The position numbers and the translations under genes were made by a program. Positions 43,532 to 51,700 of a stretch of 64,000 bases of DNA are shown in pieces. The notes under the pieces were generated by a model. The model ran no database searches, was not told where the DNA came from, and saw nothing but the letters and a program-made list of their open reading frames with translations. Source of the stretch: a virus; the IMG/VR virus record IMGVR_UViG_3300008110_000030, positions 34,707-98,706 of that record; one strand, written 5' to 3'. Positions within the stretch are counted from its first letter, which is position 1. Each line of letters begins with the position of its first letter.

Positions 43532-44651
43532 AAGCGATTTTACTTTACCAGACAAAACATACTTAAACAGTGCATCACAAACTATAATTCCTAATCAGGT
43601 AAAGGATTCCTACCTTGATATTTGTAATAAAATTGATGCAAGGGATGAGTATGAGTTTATTAGACAAAAAGTAAAATTATTAATTAATTCTAAAAAAGAC
43701 AACGAAATAATTTTTACTCAAGGAAACAATCATGGCATAAACATGATTGCCAAGAGCATTTGTCACAAATGGCATTCAAATGATTGTGTAATTGTTCCTG
43801 AAAGTGAACACCATGCTAATTTTCTCATTTGGCAATACATGTCCATTGAATATGGTTTTAGATTTGAAACCGTAAATGTTATCAAAGATGGCAGTATGGA
43901 TCTTGGTCATCTTGAAGATTTACTCAATGGCTGTGATGGTAAGATATTGTTCAGTATGAGCCATATCTCTAACAGTATTGGTTATGTACAACCTGTTAAA
44001 AGTATATTTGATAAAGTCAAAGAATATGACGGGATAACTTTGCTAGATGCAAGTTTAAGCATTGGCAGAGAAACAATAGACGTGCAAGATTTCAATATTG
44101 ATTTTTTAACATTTACTGGACATAAATTTTATGGTCCAACGGGTGTTGGCATGTTATACGGGAAACAAAAGTATTTAGACAAGTTAGAACCTACTATATT
44201 AGGTGATAGCAATAGTACACTACTCCCTTGGAAATTAGAAATTGGCAAACCCAACATTGCAGGGGTAGTAATGTTAGGTTCAGCAATTGACTGGTTCACT
44301 TCATATGATTTAGAAAGTTTTAAAGTTCATGACAAACTTATGAATGCAAACTTTCAAATGATGTTGAATGACCTTGACTTCATAGAAATATTCCACCCAG
44401 GTTACTATAAAGGTGGCTTAATTGGCTTCAACGTACATGGCCACCATCCTGCTTATGTAGGAGAATTTTTACTTAACGAAGGAATTGTATTAAAATATGG
44501 TCATTTAAATGCAAGACCAATTGTAGAAGAAAAATTCCCAAATGGAATACTTAGATTGAGTTGGGCTTGCTACAATACTAAAGATGATGTTGAACATTTA
44601 AAACAGGGTCTTGTAAAATTCTACGATAAATACAATTCTAAAAGGACATAA
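43503..44651 (+). CDS. sufS: SufS/CsdA-like class V aminotransferase (cysteine desulfurase family)
   Basis: PLP-lysine motif FTGHKFYGPTGVGMLYG; C-terminal RLSWACYNTKDDVE like SufS RASLAMYNTHEEVD; ATG 43503 chosen; GHLNA where group II enzymes have GHHCA. Confidence 0.75.
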   Translation: MNSKIFSKVKSDFTLPDKTYLNSASQTIIPNQVKDSYLDICNKIDARDEYEFIRQKVKLLINSKKDNEIIFTQGNNHGINMIAKSICHKWHSNDCVIVPESEHHANFLIWQYMSIEYGFRFETVNVIKDGSMDLGHLEDLLNGCDGKILFSMSHISNSIGYVQPVKSIFDKVKEYDGITLLDASLSIGRETIDVQDFNIDFLTFTGHKFYGPTGVGMLYGKQKYLDKLEPTILGDSNSTLLPWKLEIGKPNIAGVVMLGSAIDWFTSYDLESFKVHDKLMNANFQMMLNDLDFIEIFHPGYYKGGLIGFNVHGHHPAYVGEFLLNEGIVLKYGHLNARPIVEEKFPNGILRLSWACYNTKDDVEHLKQGLVKFYDKYNSKRT

Positions 44652-44654
44652 AAT

Positions 44655-45041
44655 ATGGCATATTCAGACAAAGTAATCGATCATTACGAGAATCCTCGCA
44701 ACGTTGGTAGCTTTGACAAGAACGATACCGATGTTGGCACTGGCATGGTTGGTGCACCTGCTTGCGGTGATGTAATGAAACTACAGATAAAGGTAGACAA
44801 TGATACAGGTATTATTACAGATGCAAAATTTAAAACGTATGGCTGCGGATCGGCTATCGCGAGCTCGAGTCTCGTTACAGAATGGCTCAAAGGAAAAACT
44901 CTCGACGAAGCAGGAACAATCAAAAACTCCGAAATCGCCACAGAACTAGCATTACCCCCAGTAAAGATACACTGTAGTATTCTAGCAGAAGATGCTATTA
45001 AGGCGGCTGTAAATGATTACCGTAACCGACACAGCACGTAA
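44655..45041 (+). CDS. iscU: Fe-S cluster scaffold IscU
   Basis: 128 aa, nearly identical in long blocks to E. coli IscU (VIDHYENPRNVGSF, GAPACGDVMKLQIKV, KTYGCGSAIASSSLVTEW, LPPVKIHCSILAEDAIKAA). Confidence 0.9.
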   Translation: MAYSDKVIDHYENPRNVGSFDKNDTDVGTGMVGAPACGDVMKLQIKVDNDTGIITDAKFKTYGCGSAIASSSLVTEWLKGKTLDEAGTIKNSEIATELALPPVKIHCSILAEDAIKAAVNDYRNRHST

Positions 45042-45339
45042 GAGAATTAAACAGAATTTAGAAAAACGCGGCAAAGGCGTGGGTATTCGCATAGGTGTAA
45101 AAACCACAGGCTGTAGTGGATTGGCCTATACTATCGAATATGTGGATGAATACACTGCTGAACCTGGAGTCACTAATTTTGGTCAACCAGAATTTATTGT
45201 GCTGGTCGATGCCAAGAGTTTGGCTTATCTAAATGGTTTAACAATGGATTGGGTTCGCAACGGACTTAATGAAGGATTTGATTTTATTAATCCCAATGAG
45301 CGTGACCGCTGTGGATGTGGTGAAAGTTTTAGAGTTTAA
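45013..45339 (+). CDS. iscA: Fe-S cluster insertion protein IscA/SufA (HesB family)
   Basis: 108 aa; GCSGLAY...VDAKSLAYLNG...CGCGESF matches IscA. Confidence 0.85.
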   Translation: MITVTDTARKRIKQNLEKRGKGVGIRIGVKTTGCSGLAYTIEYVDEYTAEPGVTNFGQPEFIVLVDAKSLAYLNGLTMDWVRNGLNEGFDFINPNERDRCGCGESFRV

Positions 45340-45623
45340 ATCTTACCAATTGGCAATGTACTGCTAACTGGCATATCCCAAATTTTTCTTTTAGTAATGC
45401 CCATTCGTTGGGCAAATTTTTTGACGTCACATTCTCCGCAAACATGAAAATATTTGTTGCTGAGTCTTTTGGGGTCTATCTTAGCATGATCCCTTGTAAA
45501 ATCCCTGTCACAATTGTCACATCGAAAAACATTAATTGTTTTTGTTCTAGTATAATGATGTTCTTTGCCTAATTTACTGCTTCGAACATAATTAGAAATT
45601 TCTTTAAAGGATCGTATGAACAT
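45336..45623 (-). CDS. putative small zinc-ribbon protein
   Basis: 95 aa minus-strand ORF in otherwise non-coding gap; CDNCD...CGECD pairs. Confidence 0.4.
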   Translation of the reverse strand: MFIRSFKEISNYVRSSKLGKEHHYTRTKTINVFRCDNCDRDFTRDHAKIDPKRLSNKYFHVCGECDVKKFAQRMGITKRKIWDMPVSSTLPIGKI

Positions 45624-45704
45624 GCCATTATTTACATTAAGTTTATAAAACTATAAGGTAAATAAAGTGGACAGTTGGTATATCACCCAAATTTGGAGTT
45701 AATA

Positions 45705-48700
45705 ATGGCAAGAAAAGACGTTAATATTGGTTTAACAGGTAACGATGGAACAGGTGACAGCATACGTGATGCGTTTTCCAAAGTTAATGCAAATTTCCAA
45801 GAACTTTACGCTAGTCAAGGTCTAGAGGCCGGACTAACATTTGATAACTTAGTTGACGTTATCAAACCACTAAGACCTAACACAGTTTTAGGCTTAGACA
45901 GTTTAGGAAAAACGATTGTTAGTAGAGATTTAGAAGCGGCTATTGGTATCAGTATTGATACAGCTACTGATCCATCTAAAATAATCTTTAGTATTGCTAA
46001 CGTTCAAATTCGACAAGACCCAACTCCTACGCTGTCAAACGTATTAGACGGAAGTGGTTTTAAATTAAGTTTTATTGGTGATCCTGAAAATGACCAAGAT
46101 GCTGTTACTAGAAAATGGGTTTATCAGAATTTCTTAAACAGAGACAATATTGACAAGTTGGGCACCTTTGATCTTGCTGCCGGCAGTGTCATGCGTCAGA
46201 ACTTCAAAATTAGTCCTACTCCAGATAACGGCAACGTTAATGCTGGTACAAAAATTATTAGCGTTGTTGGATCTGACGGTGTTACTCCAAAGAATGATGT
46301 TTTCTTAAAATTCCAAGCAACGCACCCTGCTCATGCAACACGTAAAGAATATGTAGATACTAAACTTTCTTTACAGGGAACTAACACACTAGATCCAGCA
46401 ACTGGCTTTGTAAACAAGGGCATGGGCGTGATGACTGGTCCATTAATATTAAATGACCACCCTGGTGACTATGTTGGTATCAATCGTCTTCCAGACGGAA
46501 CACTATTTGTACAAGAAGATTACAGAGCAGTTACTAAAGGATATGTAGATTCTAAGTCATATTCTAGTAGTGGTAATTTGTATGTTAGTACAAAAGGTAA
46601 TGATGATATTTGGGATTTTGACAACGATCGTCCAAATCCAATCTATGGTTATCCAGAAGAAGAAATTGGTCGCAGTTGGAGTAAAGCATTTAAATCATTG
46701 AATGCCGCATGTCGCTATGCAACTCGAATTATAGACACTGTTGAATTACAAAATACACCATACCAAGTTACGCCACAACAAATTACTCGTTGGGCTCCGC
46801 CATTTACAACTCCAATTACAAGCCCAAGAACTCGTGTGCGTGTAAGTTTACAAAATCATGGATTTCAAGATGGAGATTACGTTTTAGTTAGTGGAGCTAT
46901 CTTAGGATCACTGGACACAAGAAATTTAAATGGTATCCATAGAGTTAATGCTTTAGATGTTAATAACTTTGAATTAAATTTAAAATCATTAGTAACATGG
47001 CCAAATCCAGAAGTTGCTCCTGGCGGAACTATTAGCATTTCATTAGCTAACAAAAAGGATGGTCCTTACAGTATAACTTCTAAAGTCGATTTTGGATTTA
47101 GAGGATTCTTTGTACCAAAACCTGAAATTACTATTATGGTTGAGTCAGGTGTATATTTTGAAGAAGCTCCAATTTTTGTCCCACCTAACTGTGCTATTAA
47201 GGGTGACGAATTTAGACGTACATTAGTTAAACCAAAACCAGGTCCAGTTGACCCTGTTAAATCTCAACAGCTCAAGTTTGTTCGAGGCGACCGAAGCCAA
47301 AGTGCTACCTTTTGGTATAACACTCACTACTACCACCAACTTGCTAGATCAGTTGGAACTACTAACGTAGTTGGTAGTACAAAATTAGAAATTAAAAATA
47401 GTCCTTATAGACCAAAGAGTGGTATGAGGTTTATTGTAGGAACCGTTGGTGGAATACCTAATGTCTACAGAGTTGGGCGTGAAGTTAATATTGTTTACAA
47501 AGACCCAAATCCAGATTTAAACATTGCTCCAGGAACATATATTATGGACATTGTTGACGACAACGGTGATCCAAAACCACTAGCAACTGGTATCCCAGAT
47601 TCATCAACAATTGAATTCTTGTTAGACAACGAGCACTGCGATGCATTATTGGTTGCTGATGCATTCCAATTGCGTAACCTAACACTTATTGGATTCAAAG
47701 GCTTTGCTATGTCTTTTGATCCAAATAGACAAATCAAAACACGTTCTCCATATGCACAAGTTGGCGCTGTATTTGCTGGGGAAGGCGGTGGTGGTCAATT
47801 GGTTGACGGTATGTCTGGTAACCAAGTTTGCTACGTTCAAGACACTAGCTATACAGATCCGTTCACTGGTACACAAGGTTCTAGTGGTCTCAAAATGACT
47901 GTTACTGGTCTTGTGCGTACTCCTGAAACTCCAAACACATTTTTCTTAGCTAAGAAAAAGTATGTCATTATTGATTCAACAACTCCAGATGCTAATGGAA
48001 CTGCTACATTAACATTGAGTACTACTACTCCAATTGAACTTGATGATACTTATTTGCCAGCAGGATTTATTCCAAACGGTTCTCAGATTTTAATTGAAAC
48101 TGCTGGTAATAGATCTATGTTGTCTAATGACTTTACCATGATCAACGATTTAGGTTATGGTCTAGTTTGTGAAAACAACGGTGTTGCAGAAGCAGTTAGT
48201 CAATTTACATACTATTGCCGTGCCAGCTATTTGTCTAGATCAGGCGGTCAAATTCGTTCTGTAACAGGCTCAAGTTGTTATGGTATTGTTGGTTTACAAT
48301 CTGAAGGTAGCGATCCTAACGAAGCTATTCAAATTGGTAGAGTTAAAACTGACATTGGTAACATCATGCAAGTGTATATTGATGATCCAGATGCAGATGG
48401 TAACCAAGGTGCTGTAAATTTAGTAATGGGCGGCTTGGCTAGCAAGCCTATAAGAAATGCCACATTCAAACTGACCAAACATGAAGTTATTATTAAAAAT
48501 ATTGCTAGAGCAAGATTGCCAGGTGGGACATTAACTAATGGTCCTCTAGTAGTAACTACATATTATCCTCACCCTTTCTCAACTGGAGAAAGTGTACAAA
48601 TGACCAGTGTTCGAGGATTGCAATTGCCTGCAATTCCTCCAAGTACTACTCCTAGAACAACTGATGTTGACGGCAGAGTTTACACAATTACCTCTATCAG

Positions 48701-51700
48701 TGACCATACCTTTACGTTAGATGGTTCTGAGAGTACTAACTATATCAATGATTTAGGAACTTATAATTTTGCTGACTTGCCGGCTCGCGCTATATCCAAT
48801 TTAGTAATTGGGGCACAAGACGTTGTATTCTCAATTAAAGGTGATCCAAGCCCATCTAATATTACAGGTAGAGCAAGGTTTGATGGAATTCCTGGTGAAA
48901 ACCAAGCTGGTCAAAACGTACTAAAACTTCAACGTCTACAACGTCCAGCTGTTGTTGGAATGAAAACAACTATACCTGGCGGTGTACTGACCTACACTGT
49001 AACTGGTGTTACTGAAAAAACGGTCACATTCAAACCTTCTCCAAGACCAACTCCTACTGGTGATAATGATAATAAAATTGGCGCACAGACCATTTATATC
49101 TATACCACTACAGACATTACAACAGGTGCTATTAGTGGTACTACTCTTACTGCTACTAATCTAGATCAAAATAATGTTGGTCAATTGGTCACAGGCGACA
49201 CTGTAGCTGCCAACACTTATATTATTGAAGTTACCAGTCCAACAACTGCAACAGTTTCAATTAGTCAAAGTGTTACTAATAGAACTTTAGAATTAAGTTG
49301 GGTGCCTAAGATAGGTTGGAGTTTCCAACATTTAGACACCAACATGGGTCTACAGTTAACTTATACAAGATATACAATTACTGATACCCCAGTTTATGAT
49401 GCAGTGTCAAACAGATGGGCTGTGACATTAGATACTCCTCTAACAGTTAACATGCAAAATCAAGAGGCAACTGGTCAGACTACCATCGTTGATGGCATAT
49501 GGGACGTTACTTTAAATTATGATTTAGAAGTGAGTATCGTTAATAGTGTGACTCCTGTGTCATTTACATTTGTTGATTCATATTGGGTTACAAGTATTGA
49601 TCCATCGCTGACTAACCCAATACCTACAGTCACTGATGCATATAATAGGACTCGTGCTCGTAAAATAAACTTGTATCAACAAAAGACAATTAGTGTAAGT
49701 CAAATTTTAAACAGACCTGCTATTATTAACAGTTCCGCCTTAAGATTTTCAGCTTCAAATTATGATCCAAGTATATACCGTATTTTAGGTAAGACATCTG
49801 ATGGCGGCATTACTCAAGACAAATACGCTGTTACTACAACAATAAATCCATTAAGTGGTCTCAACACCAATGCTGTACAAAAAGTATCAGATAACAAAAT
49901 TTGGATACAATCTGAAGTTATTGATTATTTGGCCACAATTTATCCTAACTTCCAATATAACATCAACACATGCTTCCGTGACGTTGGGTACATTATTGAT
50001 GCCGTTCTTTATGACTTGACCTATGGTGGTAACGTAAGAAGTCGTGCCGCTGGTATTAGTTATTATCAGCAAGGTAATCCAAGTGCGGCTCTTGTATTGA
50101 GTCAGCAAAAAATAGAAACTATTGATGCAATTAATTTTGCCACCACTGCGGCAATTACTGCACTGAATCAATACAGTGGTGCAACTATACCACAACTACA
50201 ACTACCATATCGTGGAAGCAATTTAAATGGTGTTGCACAAATACAAGCAAATAAATTATTTGTACAAGATGAAGTTATTGCATTTTTAGCACAAACATAC
50301 CCATCTTTACAATTTAATCAAACTACTTGCCGTAGAGACGTTGGTTTAATTCTTGATGCTGTTGCCTATGACTTAGAATATGGTGGTAACGTAGCAACTA
50401 GAACGGCTGCTCTAGCATATTATGACGGTTCAACAAGTTCACAATATGTGTTGTCTAATCAAAAAACACAAACCATTGCTGCCGTTAATAGAGCATCAAC
50501 TGTTGTTCAACAGATTGTTTTAGAAACAACTGTGACTGCAACAGCTGGAAATACATCAACGCAAAACACTGCTGGAACTCCTGGAGTTGCTGGGGTCGAC
50601 AACGTACGAGTTCAAGAATTAATGAACATTATAACCAATGTTCTACAGAACGGTACTTCAGTTGCTCCTGTTAGAAATTTAGGTATTAGAAGAAGTTACC
50701 AAGATCCTTTAAGTATAGATTACGTTGCACAAGATATTGACAGTGGCATTGTAGCTGAAGCTGGAGCGGCAACTGCTTTACAAGCCTTAATGGATCAAAT
50801 TGTAGCAATAATTCAATTTGGTGCTACTGGCCCTCATGTTATTGTTCAACCACAAGTGTTGGACACACTACAAGCAATTGACTTCCCACCAACTGCAACA
50901 TCACTACAATATGGTGCAGTATTAACTGGTATAGGAATTCCTAGAGCAGGAGTAGGTGGCGTAACTGAAGATACATTTATTAGAACTGTAACGCAGTTGT
51001 TTGACGAAAATCAAAATACAATTGGCTATAGAGCTAGAATTAGTGCTCCAGTCACACAAGCGATTCCTGCTGGTACAGAGATTACTATTACTGGTCCAGG
51101 CAGTGACTTCTTATTTGACCTAAACACCCCACTAGACCTTAGACACTTAGCTGGAGATGTAATTGGTATTACTACTACATTCTCAACAGTACGTGCAACT
51201 GGACATGATTTCTTAAACGTTGGTGCAGGTGGTTATGATGATTCTAACTATCCTAACAACGTTTATGGTCAACCAGTTAATACACCATCTGATAGTGCAA
51301 TTGCCACAGAAGTTGGAACAGGTCGTGTGTTCCACGTGTCCACTGATCAAAATGGTAACTTTAGAGTAGGTAGTTTCTTTAACGTTAACCAAGGCGACGG
51401 CTCTGTTAGTATTAGTGCTAAGATTGGTCTAAGTGCTGTTACAAGTTTAAGTTTCTTAACTGGTGCAACTGTTAACCAATTCTCAACTGATTCTAAATTA
51501 GACGACAACAGTGATAACATTGTTTCAACACAGAAAGCAATGAAGACCTACATCAATAACTTGATTGATGGTCGCTTTACAATTGATAACACTGATACTC
51601 CACAACGAGGTCTATTAAGACTTGACGGTGAGAGCATTATGGTTGGCGATTTAGACATTGGTTTAAACAGTGTTGAACGTATAGTAAACAGTCCAAACAA

